64,000 nt of DNA from Lingula anatina (Eukaryota > Animalia > Brachiopoda). Position numbers and translations under genes: made by a program. The notes beneath the pieces are model-generated. The model worked only from the letters and a program-made list of their open reading frames with translations. It did no database searches and was not told the origin of the DNA. Positions 1 through 11,152 of the stretch are shown in pieces; within the stretch, counting starts at the first letter, position 1; each line of letters opens with the position of its first letter. The stretch lies in contig CM120648.1 of NCBI GenBank assembly GCA_051362555.1, positions 18,720,587 through 18,784,586 on the forward strand. The letters are read 5' to 3'.

Positions 1-2432
1 AAAAACTTAAAATACCATTTCACTTCTCCGCCATCATGCACAATGTACGGGTTGATCAAATTGACCTACATGGACAATTAATCTCAGCCTATCAGGGATT
101 CAAAAAAGGAGGGACGATCGCCAGTGATTTGCATAAAGCGCATGACGTCAGCATAAATTAAGATCTTTGTTAAAACTGCGACGAGTAAAGAATATCTTCG
201 TTACGTTTAACATTAGATCTTGATGTCAAGAGAAGTCGAGTAAACAATCAAACTTCGGCCGTGAATTTTCTGAATTGGAGGGCGCGTTTAGAACACAAAA
301 ATGCGCCGTTGTTAATTCTCTTGAATTTTGTTGGCGCAGCTCACTCTACGAATTGCGTCAACCACATTTTTTCTGCGTCAATGACGCAAGGGCGCATCCT
401 AGAATGAACACTGACACCATAGAACACTGCATTAATAATGATGGTTACATCCCAGATATTTTGCTCCTATGAACAGTGTCTTTGATATCAGTCTATCGGC
501 AATCTCCAATCATAAATTGTTAATTTATCAGACACTTGTAACATTAACCACATTTAATTGTTCACCCTGATTGTGAAACAGCCGTTTGCTCCAGATGTAC
601 TTAGTCTTCTCCAAATTAAAAAAAAAAATATGGATGTTGATAAAATTTATTCTGAACAGTCTATAAGCCAGGCAGATTCAGTACAATGGCATAGGTATTT
701 GTAGGTTGATAAGTTATTAAATAAAGAAAAAAAAAAAAAAAAACTTCATGTAATAATCATAATAGTGATACATAATACATGTATGATGATACATTTCACC
801 ACATTTTGATGCAAACACCATCAAATGGAAACAAAAATAAACTTGTTATTAAACCAACTCAACAAATGTTTGTGCCAAGCAGATATTTAGCATTGTGTAA
901 TGTACATGTATTTCAGGAACTGCTCAGAATTATGCTGATTGCCATTTCAATTCTAAATTAAACAAACATCAACGTTGCCTACAAAACTGATACAACTGCA
1001 CCAAATATCTCTTGCTATATGAAATACTTGTTGAAATGATGTTTTCAATAGAACTTATATTTTGTTTCATTTTTTTATTTAATCATGAGAAAAACATTCT
1101 AAAATGTTTAATCCCATTTCTTAGTATTATCATTATGCTTCACATATATATCAAGGCTGTTGCAATGTTTTTTTTTTTTTTTTAACTAGTAAGCAAAATC
1201 TCTTACACTGCTACAGCACATCATCTACTAGCTACAATTTTTACATCTGATGGTTTTTAGAAGTTACTGTCCCTGTGATTCATCAGCTGAGATTTTTTTT
1301 TTTTTTTGAATAAGTCATATTGTGTAATATTATTCTGTGTTGTTGTTAAAGGGATAACAACTGTTTGTATGATATCCATATTTACTAATAAATATATTGT
1401 AAACAACTCATAAAAATATAACAAATTATGTTTTACCACTAAAATGGCAGTCAACACATTTATTAGTACCACCAGCCTGTAAGCTGTTGGTACTCCTAAT
1501 TTTATTCCCGACCCGTCTCATACAGCTCCACTAGCTCCGCATTCTGGAGCTGGATACAAGTCACCATTCTCCTCCTAGACCCCAAGGACCCATGTCCCCA
1601 TCTCTTGGATTTAGGTCACATATTATCTCAATTTGAACCCTTTTTTTTGGCTCAGTTGGTGCATTATCCTGGGCATGACATTCGTTGAAACGCACCCTTG
1701 TCAAAATTTGTGAAAATTCGATGCCAAATATCTCTCAAACCAAAGGAATTATCGGAAAAATTACTATAGAATTTTGACGAAAGTCATATTTGTAGATTCC
1801 AGATATGCCCTTGGATTTGACAGTTGACCTTTATCTCAAGGTCAAACAGGCCAAAATCTCCTAAAAATGGGGATTAAAAAAAAATATGTTTGTGCCAATT
1901 TTTAGAAACTACACCGACCTAAGTGGGGGGATTACATTTTGGGACTTCATCTTCGGGAGTTTGGGGTCAATAGGTGCATTTTCACAGGAGAGGCAGCCGT
2001 TAGATGCCAAAACTGAAAACTCTCTATTAAACCAGAACCCTAAATACAAGACCTCTTGTTTTTTGCATTACGTAGAGCTTGTCAAGCTCAATTAATACTG
2101 GGGTTGGAATCCATTTTTTTGTTTGTTTTTGGTATTTGGTAGGAGTTGTGCTATATATAAAAAAAAAGTACATTTCAATATTCAGTAGTGAAGCAAAATG
2201 TCCCAGACAGCCTCAGTAATCTGCCCCACGTCTGGCCCAGATCTGGCAACGTCTGGCAATATCTGGGCCAGATTTTGCCAGACACTTGCCAGATCTGGGC
2301 CAAGTCTGGCAAAGTCTGGCATTTATGCCACATTTTGCCAGACACTTGCCAGATCTGGGCCAAGTCTGGCAAAGTCTGGCATTTATGCCACATTTTGCCA
2401 GATGCTGCCCAGACTTGGGCCAGATATGGTAA

Positions 2433-4263
2433 TGTAACGAACGGGGCACCAATAGCTCTACACCGATGCCGACAAAAATTTACCAGTCCAACTTTAGTTG
2501 CCGTTCTAGAGCCGTTTAAAGACGAAAAGATGCCAAATACCCCATGATTTTAAACAAAGAAAGAAACGTTAGATTTGTACCGCTGTACGGGAAAGAATCA
2601 GCAATGACGTTCCAACCGTGTCGACGTGCCGTCAGAAAGTGTGACCGCGCGACCTGCGGTCATGACGTCACGGTCGCTATAAATAACCGCTCAGCTGATC
2701 GTTAGCGGCGTCTTTCAAGTTCTTCAAGTTGAAGCGGGGAAGAAAGAAAGTATCTTAGAGTGACATTCATAAAGCACAAGAGAGAGACAAAAAGTGAGTG
2801 AAACGGGCTGCGGGTAGCCCTCGGGCTACCCGACGTAGTCGGGAAAAATTGTGAAGAATTTTCTTTTCGAAGATTAGTCTATTTTTTTTTTTTTTTGTAG
2901 TATTTTGGCTGACAGTTATGTCAGCTACATGTACCGTTAGTTTTTAGCGAGTTTCTTAACGCAATCCTGTAACTGCATTCACCGTGACGCGCTCCGGAGG
3001 ACAAGTGGTGGCTGTCAGATCATGGGATCCCTTGGTTGCAGATGTTTAGGATCCTGGCCAAGGAAGCCGCTGCGGCATGGACGATTTTGGGTGAAAGGCT
3101 GATCGGGTCCAAGACGTCATGTAGGAGGCGCCGTCGACAGCTCGGAGCTGAAGGGAAAATGCCAGCCCGAGTGCGCAGTGTTCCCCCGTGTATGATCGGG
3201 GCAGTGTTATGTTCTTATTTTGTTTTAGTTCGGTCCGCCGGACGTGTCCCTTTGCATGCAGCTACCGGAAAGCGAAAAGAGACAGTAATGGTGAAGGACG
3301 TCCTAACCCTTGATCACGGTGCTCCCCTAGGAAACCTCCGCTCCCGCCGAGGCGAGACTGGGAACTTCCCATGGGACAGACGGGTCCAGGGCGTAGATAA
3401 TGCAGGAAATGCGCCACGGAAGATTAACCTTGCTCTTTCAGAGCTAACAGTCACAGGTTCCGGGTCCGCGGGGTTTACTGCCGCCAAGATGTTCACTGAT
3501 TGAACTGAAGGCCTCAGCGTTCCCCTACGATCTCGCCGCCCGTGGGTGGAAAAAGTGCCAGGACTGAGTTGTTGTGTGCATGAACCGTACCCGTGAGATT
3601 TTGCTGGTGGAGAGTGTCGCCGTGTCCACTTCAGAGTCGAGTCGTCGAACCAGGTTCACAGACCGAGGGTACAGTCTGTGAATCCCATTCAGGTTCCGTT
3701 CCCGCGGCTGCGGCCGTGTGATGCGTACCGAGCTCCTCTGCCATTGCGAATAACAGCCGGAATGCTGAGAAACTGAACAGACGCCCACCATGAAGATATC
3801 GTCGCCATCCCCTAGATGACGCCGCCGCGTTCAACGGTCGTCGTTATGCCGTCCCCAGGCGTACGATATCGTCGCCATCCCCTAGATGACGCCGCCGCGT
3901 TCAACGGTCGTCGTTATGCCGTCCCCAGGCGTAAGATATCGTCGCCATCCCCTAGATGACGCCGCCGCGTTCAACGGTCGTCGTTTCTACCATGAAGAAA
4001 GATGTCGATTTGCGCTACGCTACCATACCATGAAAAACGTTGCTCGATTTTATTACAAACTCTATGGCTTTAGGCCTTGTATATATCTCTTGAAATATCT
4101 CTTTTATTGAAAACAAATTGGTGTATAATAATAATATTTGAACTGTAACCATATGCCTTTGTTGTTAATTTCGAAGGACCGGGATATACTTTCCCTGTTT
4201 CAACATCATATTCCCACGTCGCGTCCGGGGTCGTGCGCCGACGCGGCGACCTCGCGCGTTACA
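2433..4263 (+). repeat. 5' LTR (1831 bp)
   Basis: TGT...ACA termini. Every ORF in the track recurs with an identical translation 3395 bp later. Contains a 70-bp x2.7 tandem repeat (3795-3985). Confidence 0.95.
2663..2686 (+). promoter_or_regulatory. LTR promoter: CRE palindrome TGACGTCA plus TATA box
   Basis: TGACGTCA at 2663-2670 and TATAAATAA at 2678-2686, repeated in the 3' LTR at 6058-6081. Confidence 0.55.
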
Positions 4264-4264
4264 T

Positions 4265-4282
4265 TGGTGGCAGCGGTGGGAT
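4265..4282 (+). other. Primer-binding site complementary to the tRNA-Leu 3' end
   Basis: TGGTGGCAGCGGTGGGAT, 1 nt after the LTR, is the reverse complement of ...ATCCCACCGCTGCCA-CCA of eukaryotic tRNA-Leu (AAG/TAG type, recalled sequence). Confidence 0.85.
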
Positions 4283-4375
4283 TGTCCTTCGAAATGTGCT
4301 ATGGTTACTTGGTCATGAATGGATGATAATTATTATCATTATTTTTTTTAATATCTCTTGTCAGAAGAAGTCAGA

Positions 4376-5380
4376 ATGGAAAATGTTAAGGTAGACAACT
4401 TTGACCAGTCAAGTGAGAGTGAGGTCATCTTGAATCTACGAGACCACGAGGGCCGCCACGCAGAGATAGACGGTGAGAGTGATACTTTGTTAGCGGGTCC
4501 ATCACCTAGAAAGAGACTGGTGAGTTCTCCATTCCCACCTAGAGACGTATTTCCAGGCAGCACAGGAGTCCAGAAAGGAAGGCCAAGCGTAATTCCCGAC
4601 CGCTACGATGGAAGCAGTCCTTGGTCCGATTACCTGGCGCACTTTGAGGGCTGTGCGATCATCAATGGTTGGAGCAGTTATGAGAAGTCAGCATTTCTCG
4701 CAGTCAGTTTGAAGGGAGAAGCTCAAGCCATTCTAAGTGATGCCCAAGCCGGGGGGAAAAGACTGTCCTACAAAGATTTGGTAGACTTATTACAGAGAAG
4801 GTTTGGTCCGGGAGAGGGAGCAGAAATCTTTGTGGCAGAGCTGCGTCATCGTCGAAGAAAACCAAATGAGAGCCTGCGAGAATTGGGACAAGCTATCCGA
4901 AGACTCACTGCCCTAGCCTATCCAGAGTTGAATGTGATGTCACAGGATCGCCTGGCCCGGGTACATTTCCAGGAAGCCGTGGTGAGCAAAGAATTGAAAT
5001 CATGTATTTTTCAGGCTCATTGTAAGACTCTGGAAGATGCAGTGACGGTGGCAGCAGGCATGGAGTCATTTCTGGATGCAGAAAGACTGAGCGAGGCTGG
5101 TAAACGGCAACTGCGGGTAGTACAGAAGACTGAAGAAGACGAGACCCAGGTGAAAAGACTGGAGGATGAAGTCCATGCATTAAGAAGAGAGCTTGCCGAC
5201 CTCAAAAGATCCATGCCTGTCTCATTCTTCGGTAAGCAGCCATTCAGGAGGGCAAAGGGAGTAATCTGCTACAACTGTCAACAGGAAGGTCATTTTGCCA
5301 GAGAATGCCCTCAACCAGCCAATGAGGGAAACGGCCAGTGGTCCACCCGAGGGACCGGGAGAAGACCCAATACTCACTGA
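4376..5380 (+). CDS. gag: Retrotransposon Gag with CCHC zinc knuckle
   Basis: Open frame from ATG 4376. Capsid-like motifs PDRYDGSSPWSDYLAHFE..NGWS and RRRKPNESLRELGQAIRRL; zinc knuckle CYNCQQEGHFAREC. Confidence 0.9.
   Translation: MENVKVDNFDQSSESEVILNLRDHEGRHAEIDGESDTLLAGPSPRKRLVSSPFPPRDVFPGSTGVQKGRPSVIPDRYDGSSPWSDYLAHFEGCAIINGWSSYEKSAFLAVSLKGEAQAILSDAQAGGKRLSYKDLVDLLQRRFGPGEGAEIFVAELRHRRRKPNESLRELGQAIRRLTALAYPELNVMSQDRLARVHFQEAVVSKELKSCIFQAHCKTLEDAVTVAAGMESFLDAERLSEAGKRQLRVVQKTEEDETQVKRLEDEVHALRRELADLKRSMPVSFFGKQPFRRAKGVICYNCQQEGHFARECPQPANEGNGQWSTRGTGRRPNTH
5326..5332 (+). promoter_or_regulatory. -1 ribosomal frameshift slippery heptamer G GGA AAC with downstream stem
   Basis: An X XXY YYZ heptamer in the Gag frame; the -1 frame is exactly the protease ORF. 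A GGTCC/GGACC stem starts about 7 nt downstream. Confidence 0.75.
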
Positions 5381-5778
5381 AGGTCCCAGTCAAAGAAGGA
5401 CGAACAAATGTACATAATGTTTCGAATGGGTTATTTATTGTTGGTAAAGTTGAAAATGTTGATGTTTTATTTTTAGTTGACACAGGGTCTTCAGATACCT
5501 TTTTAAGCGTTGAGTGTTACAGAAAAATTGCCGTTGACAAGAAAACAGAACTCCGTCAAATGACAGAACAAGTACGGCAAGCCGATGGCAAGCCGCTACC
5601 CGTATTGGGCCGAATGAAAGTATCCATTGACGTGCAGGATCAACCCACTGAGTTAGACGTTATTGTGGCGGACATACAAAACCAAGGTATTTTGGGCCTA
5701 GATTTTCTGGTGTCAACAGCAAGCGTTCTAGACTTTCAAGGTTTCAGTTTTCACTGTGAAGGTCAAAGACTGCCATGA
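5332..5778 (+). CDS. pro: Retroviral-type aspartic protease, expressed as Gag-Pro by -1 frameshift; pol ends here
   Basis: Catalytic motif FLVDTGS and GILGLDFL. Stop at 5776-5778, about 35 nt before the PPT. Confidence 0.85.
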   Translation, partial: RPVVHPRDREKTQYSLKVPVKEGRTNVHNVSNGLFIVGKVENVDVLFLVDTGSSDTFLSVECYRKIAVDKKTELRQMTEQVRQADGKPLPVLGRMKVSIDVQDQPTELDVIVADIQNQGILGLDFLVSTASVLDFQGFSFHCEGQRLP

Positions 5779-5811
5779 TTAGATGAATCTTGATTCGGGA
5801 GAATCAATTTT

Positions 5812-5827
5812 AAAAGGATGGGGGCAA
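5812..5827 (+). other. Polypurine tract
   Basis: AAAAGGATGGGGGCAA immediately before the TGT of the 3' LTR. Confidence 0.8.
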
Positions 5828-7658
5828 TGTAACGAACGGGGCACCAATAGCTCTACACCGATGCCGACAAAAATTTACCAGTCCAACTTTAGTTGCCGTT
5901 CTAGAGCCGTTTAAAGACGAAAAGATGCCAAATACCCCATGATTTTAAACAAAGAAAGAAACGTTAGATTTGTACCGCTGTACGGGAAAGAATCAGCAAT
6001 GACGTTCCAACCGTGTCGACGTGCCGTCAGAAAGTGTGACCGCGCGACCTGCGGTCATGACGTCACGGTCGCTATAAATAACCGCTCAGCTGATCGTTAG
6101 CGGCGTCTTTCAAGTTCTTCAAGTTGAAGCGGGGAAGAAAGAAAGTATCTTAGAGTGACATTCATAAAGCACAAGAGAGAGACAAAAAGTGAGTGAAACG
6201 GGCTGCGGGTAGCCCTCGGGCTACCCGACGTAGTCGGGAAAAATTGTGAAGAATTTTCTTTTCGAAGATTAGTCTATTTTTTTTTTTTTTTGTAGTATTT
6301 TGGCTGACAGTTATGTCAGCTACATGTACCGTTAGTTTTTAGCGAGTTTCTTAACGCAATCCTGTAACTGCATTCACCGTGACGCGCTCCGGAGGACAAG
6401 TGGTGGCTGTCAGATCATGGGATCCCTTGGTTGCAGATGTTTAGGATCCTGGCCAAGGAAGCCGCTGCGGCATGGACGATTTTGGGTGAAAGGCTGATCG
6501 GGTCCAAGACGTCATGTAGGAGGCGCCGTCGACAGCTCGGAGCTGAAGGGAAAATGCCAGCCCGAGTGCGCAGTGTTCCCCCGTGTATGATCGGGGCAGT
6601 GTTATGTTCTTATTTTGTTTTAGTTCGGTCCGCCGGACGTGTCCCTTTGCATGCAGCTACCGGAAAGCGAAAAGAGACAGTAATGGTGAAGGACGTCCTA
6701 ACCCTTGATCACGGTGCTCCCCTAGGAAACCTCCGCTCCCGCCGAGGCGAGACTGGGAACTTCCCATGGGACAGACGGGTCCAGGGCGTAGATAATGCAG
6801 GAAATGCGCCACGGAAGATTAACCTTGCTCTTTCAGAGCTAACAGTCACAGGTTCCGGGTCCGCGGGGTTTACTGCCGCCAAGATGTTCACTGATTGAAC
6901 TGAAGGCCTCAGCGTTCCCCTACGATCTCGCCGCCCGTGGGTGGAAAAAGTGCCAGGACTGAGTTGTTGTGTGCATGAACCGTACCCGTGAGATTTTGCT
7001 GGTGGAGAGTGTCGCCGTGTCCACTTCAGAGTCGAGTCGTCGAACCAGGTTCACAGACCGAGGGTACAGTCTGTGAATCCCATTCAGGTTCCGTTCCCGC
7101 GGCTGCGGCCGTGTGATGCGTACCGAGCTCCTCTGCCATTGCGAATAACAGCCGGAATGCTGAGAAACTGAACAGACGCCCACCATGAAGATATCGTCGC
7201 CATCCCCTAGATGACGCCGCCGCGTTCAACGGTCGTCGTTATGCCGTCCCCAGGCGTACGATATCGTCGCCATCCCCTAGATGACGCCGCCGCGTTCAAC
7301 GGTCGTCGTTATGCCGTCCCCAGGCGTAAGATATCGTCGCCATCCCCTAGATGACGCCGCCGCGTTCAACGGTCGTCGTTTCTACCATGAAGAAAGATGT
7401 CGATTTGCGCTACGCTACCATACCATGAAAAACGTTGCTCGATTTTATTACAAACTCTATGGCTTTAGGCCTTGTATATATCTCTTGAAATATCTCTTTT
7501 ATTGAAAACAAATTGGTGTATAATAATAATATTTGAACTGTAACCATATGCCTTTGTTGTTAATTTCGAAGGACCGGGATATACTTTCCCTGTTTCAACA
7601 TCATATTCCCACGTCGCGTCCGGGGTCGTGCGCCGACGCGGCGACCTCGCGCGTTACA
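5828..7658 (+). repeat. 3' LTR (1831 bp)
   Basis: Direct copy of 2433-4263, including the 15-T run. Confidence 0.95.
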
Positions 7659-7802
7659 GTACTTTCATTTTCAATTTTTATTTTCTATTTATTTATTTTT
7701 TATTGACCAGTGAGCTGAATGCATTAAACTGACATCATTTGATAAATTTTGATTTAATTTATCTCTCTCTTTTCTTCAAAGTCCTCTCATAAGTGTGCTA
7801 TT

Positions 7803-9262
7803 TGTTAAATTTAATTTGACTTGACATTTGAATGAATTCACTGTTTTAAAACTTTTTTGAACTACTCGTTCCGCTGTTGTAAAATTCCGCTTTTTATGCT
7901 AAGCCGGTCAAGGACCCGGATGTAGCGTTTCTTAGAGTTATGGATATGAAAAAAGCACAAGCGTATCAAACTGATACAATTTGTTGAGTGATTTGATTCG
8001 TGATGCGATTTATTTCGAAGGCATCAACACTGGCGACGAGGATTAACACTAGTGCAAAACTGTGAGCCAACTTTCTTTGAAAAAATGGAGGAAAAATGTG
8101 AAATTACGGAATTCGAACCGTACAGAAGTCCGGAGACATTAGGGTCACGCCCGACGCGATGGCTAGACAGTTTTAACCTCTTCGCTGACGGAAAAGATTG
8201 ATCTTTTCAAAACCAACGGACGGCATGAATAATGAACAAAGATAGAAAATTAAAAATACATGACAGAGGAGACACGCGCTTATGTTGTATTCAGCAGGGA
8301 CAGGTGTACAAGATATTTTCAGGACTCTCCCAAAACACAGGTTAGAAACATGAATATACATAAGACAGTTAACGCTTTGAATGAAATTGGAACACCAGAA
8401 ACTGTGAGTATGATGAAACCGAAGTCATTTGACAAACCAAGCCAGTCTAAACATTACGAGTTTAGACATGAAAAACGAAGTAGAAACTCCCTGACTGAGA
8501 AAACATGGAACGTTGGATCACTTTGCAAAAGTCTCCAAAACTGAAACTATTATTCATGTAAATGACAGCTTTGAACATGATAATCCAGGAGTGCATATAC
8601 ATTTGGTGTGGAACCAATGCAATATACACAGAAGACATGGAGGAAATAGAGGAGGTGTTAATCTCAGTGTATTACCAGATTCAGGTGCATATTGTAATAT
8701 CATTGATGAAAATACATGGAGAATGCTGAAATCCAAGAGAAATAAACGTGGCTCTTGTGGAGGACCAGAAAACAAACAGTATTATTCATACACGTCTGAG
8801 AAACCTTTAAAAGTGAAGGGGACATTCGAATGTGACGTAAAGGCAAGCAAAGAAAGAGACCAGTAGTAGTGAAAGGACATGGGATTTGATATGAGTTGAT
8901 TAGTTTTGAGAATTTTCAGTGTGGTTTAAGGAATAAAAGTTGGAGTTCATATGCTCTTCTGCAAATGTTTAAAAAGACATTTTAAAGACTGAACTGTCAA
9001 TTAACATGTTTTGAAAGGACCGTTTCTCTCCAAGAAAGGAAGGGATGTTGTGTTTTGACTTGACATTTGAATGAACTGTTGTTAACTTGGTAGAGTTACT
9101 TGTTCCATTGTTGATTCCTTTAATAATTATAAGCTTGTCAAGGAGTATCAAGGAGTATTATATCTTAGTGTTATGGATTTGAAAAAAGCGCAAGCATTGC
9201 AAACTGGTTCAATTCATTGAGTGATTTGATTCGTGATGTGATTTAATTCAAAAGCATTGATA
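7803..9262 (+). mobile_element. Decayed Gypsy-like LTR element with short diverged LTRs
   Basis: Similar ~220-bp repeats at ~7803-8029 and 9046-9262 (TTTGACTTGACATTTGAATGAA...GAGTGATTTGATTCGTGATG). PBS TGGCGACGAGGAT at 8031 (tRNA-Ser GCT type). PPT AAGAAAGGAAGGGA at 9032-9045. Broken HFAKV (zinc-knuckle tail) and LPDSGAYCNII (protease) remnants. Confidence 0.75.
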
Positions 9263-11152
9263 CTGGTTTGTTTTTGTGCACATGTAATTCTCTTTTAATT
9301 GTACATCTATATCTGTGCTGGAGTATACATTTTTTTTTCAGAATTTACATGTATGTACAGTACTGTAGCCAGCATGCAAGTTGAATTGAAACAGTTACTG
9401 CATGGTTATTTATAATTTTGTTATAACTCTCCATCATCTAAAAAACAATGTTTTTTCATTCATTATTCAAGATTTATTCATTACAAAACTATATTCATTA
9501 GTGATTATTATTATTAATGATATGTTTGAATTAGTTTAAAAATGACAATGTATAATATTATTTAGGTTGAGGTGTGCAAAAATATTTCCCCCTCAAACCC
9601 CCCCCCATGTACATGCATAATTAATTACAATTTTTGTAATTTGTGTTAATTCAGATTCGATGAGCAGCTTTGTGTTTAAAAAAAATGTTGTTATAACTGT
9701 TTTCTTTACACGTATGTAAGTGACATTTCCTCCTGTTAAGTGTCTGTATATTTGCCTTTTTGCAGTGTAGTTTTTTTTTTTCAAACATACATTGTTTTGT
9801 ACAAAAAGACAAGGAGTGGCCCTTAATTTGTTACATGTTAGTTGCCAGCAAGGTTATATAATGTGTAAAAATTTTGTTTAGGGTTTTAGCACAGAATAAA
9901 TACTTGAATCTTGAATTTTGTATGTCTTTTTTTTATAGTAATCTTATTGAATAATTAAAAATAATTAAAAAAAAGAAAAAAAAAAAAAACAATCTGGGCC
10001 ATATGTGGTCCATGTCCGGCCCTAATCTGGCCCATTTGAATATGATCTGGCCCACTTCTGGTCCACATCCGGCATGCCATACCTTTGCCAGATATTGCCA
10101 GATCTGGGCCGACATCTGGCCACATGAGCAAATGTGAAATAATTAAAAAAAAAAACAATCTGGGCCATATGTGGTCCATGTCTGGCCCTAATCTGGCCCA
10201 TTTGAATATGATCTGGCCCACATCTGGTCCACATCTGGCATGCCATACCTTTGCCAGATATTGCCAGATCTGGGCCGACATCTGGCCACATGAGCAAATG
10301 TGGACTGGGCCAGATGTGGCAATGTCTGGGCCAGATCTGGCCCAAACATTGCCACATCTGGCCCACATGTGGCAAGCCAGACGTGGGCCATACCTTTTGC
10401 CAGACATTGCCAGACGTTGCCAGATCTGGGCCAGATGTGGGCCAGATCACTGAGGCTGTCTGGGGTGAAATACTCAAAAACTGGCAGAGATACACCCATG
10501 GTTACTATTGACCTTGAATAAGAAGACACATACTGGCAGCCAAACTGTGACCTTGAAATTGACCTTTGACCTACTTTTTCATCTTAAACTAAGTCTTGCA
10601 AATTTTTTGCCTCTTTTATCTGCAAAAATGGCAGAGATACACTTATAGTTACTATTGACCTTGAATAGGAAGTCATATACTGGCAATCTTACTCTACGCT
10701 GCTTTGTAATCTGGAACATAGTCGATCTTACACGTCAGACTTTGTGTGCAAATCGACTTTGTGATTTATGAAAAATGTCTGTATACTTCACTTTGTTCTT
10801 CAGCAGTGATTCAGTATCCAGATTACACACCCTTTTTATCTATCTGTCTATTTTACTCGAAGTTTGTTTTACCCTGATATAAATAACGCACCATAGTATT
10901 TTTGGGAATTTCTCAATTTAATTCAAAAATTTAATTAAGCTGCGATTTATCGACTTTTGTCATCGTGAAAATGTGAGATTTTACATAACACACTGTTACT
11001 CTCAAGCACATATGCAGGCATCCACCTCTCTAGATTTTCTCTCGCTTCCTCTCTGCTATCACTTCACAATAAATATAACGTCTGCAAACATCATCGTTCA
11101 CCTTATCCATGAGTCCTTTTGTCAATCTGAAGCATAACATATGTATTACCAG

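Larger units (their letters stand above)
2433..7658 (+). mobile_element. Young non-autonomous Gypsy/Metaviridae-like LTR retrotransposon (LTR-PBS-gag-pro-PPT-LTR, no RT/RNaseH/IN)
   Basis: Two 1831-bp direct repeats with TGTAACG...CGTTACA ends at a constant offset of 3395. PBS, gag, protease and PPT lie in the 1564-bp interior. Flanks read GTAA / GTAC (imperfect 4-bp TSD). Confidence 0.95.
2202..10464. mobile_element. Non-autonomous DNA transposon, CMC/EnSpm-like, with long TIRs and subterminal TCTGGC/GCCAGA repeats
   Basis: The left end CCCAGACAGCCTCAGTAATCTGCCCCACGTCTGGCCCAGATCTGGCAACGTCTGGCAAT is the near-perfect reverse complement of 10405-10464. A 2-bp TSD (GT) lies at 2200-2201 and 10465-10466. 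Subterminal repeat blocks occupy 2202-2430 and 9990-10464. No transposase is visible. Confidence 0.75.
1461..10693 (+). mobile_element. Helentron-associated non-autonomous element (HINE family A), split by the TIR-element insertion; 3' end truncated
   Basis: The 5' end TATTAGTACCACCAGC plus hairpin at 1461 resembles the intact copy at 16186. Shared blocks include CCCATCTCTTGGATTTAGGTCAC and ATATGCCCTTGGATTTGAC. The family's internal tandem unit (ACTGGCAGAGATA..GTTACTATTGACCTTGAATAGGAAGTCATATACTGGC) resumes at 10467-10693, right after the TIR element. Confidence 0.6.

Noticed and set aside
2433-4263. Hammerhead ribozyme/retrozyme in the structured LTR
   Set aside because: No CTGANGA...GAAA core with proper stems found by eye, and the element encodes Gag. 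An Infernal scan would be needed to exclude it fully.
9933-10529. Overlapping W/C/P-rich ORFs here and at 2175-2547
   Set aside because: Translations of stop-poor subterminal repeats of the TIR element.
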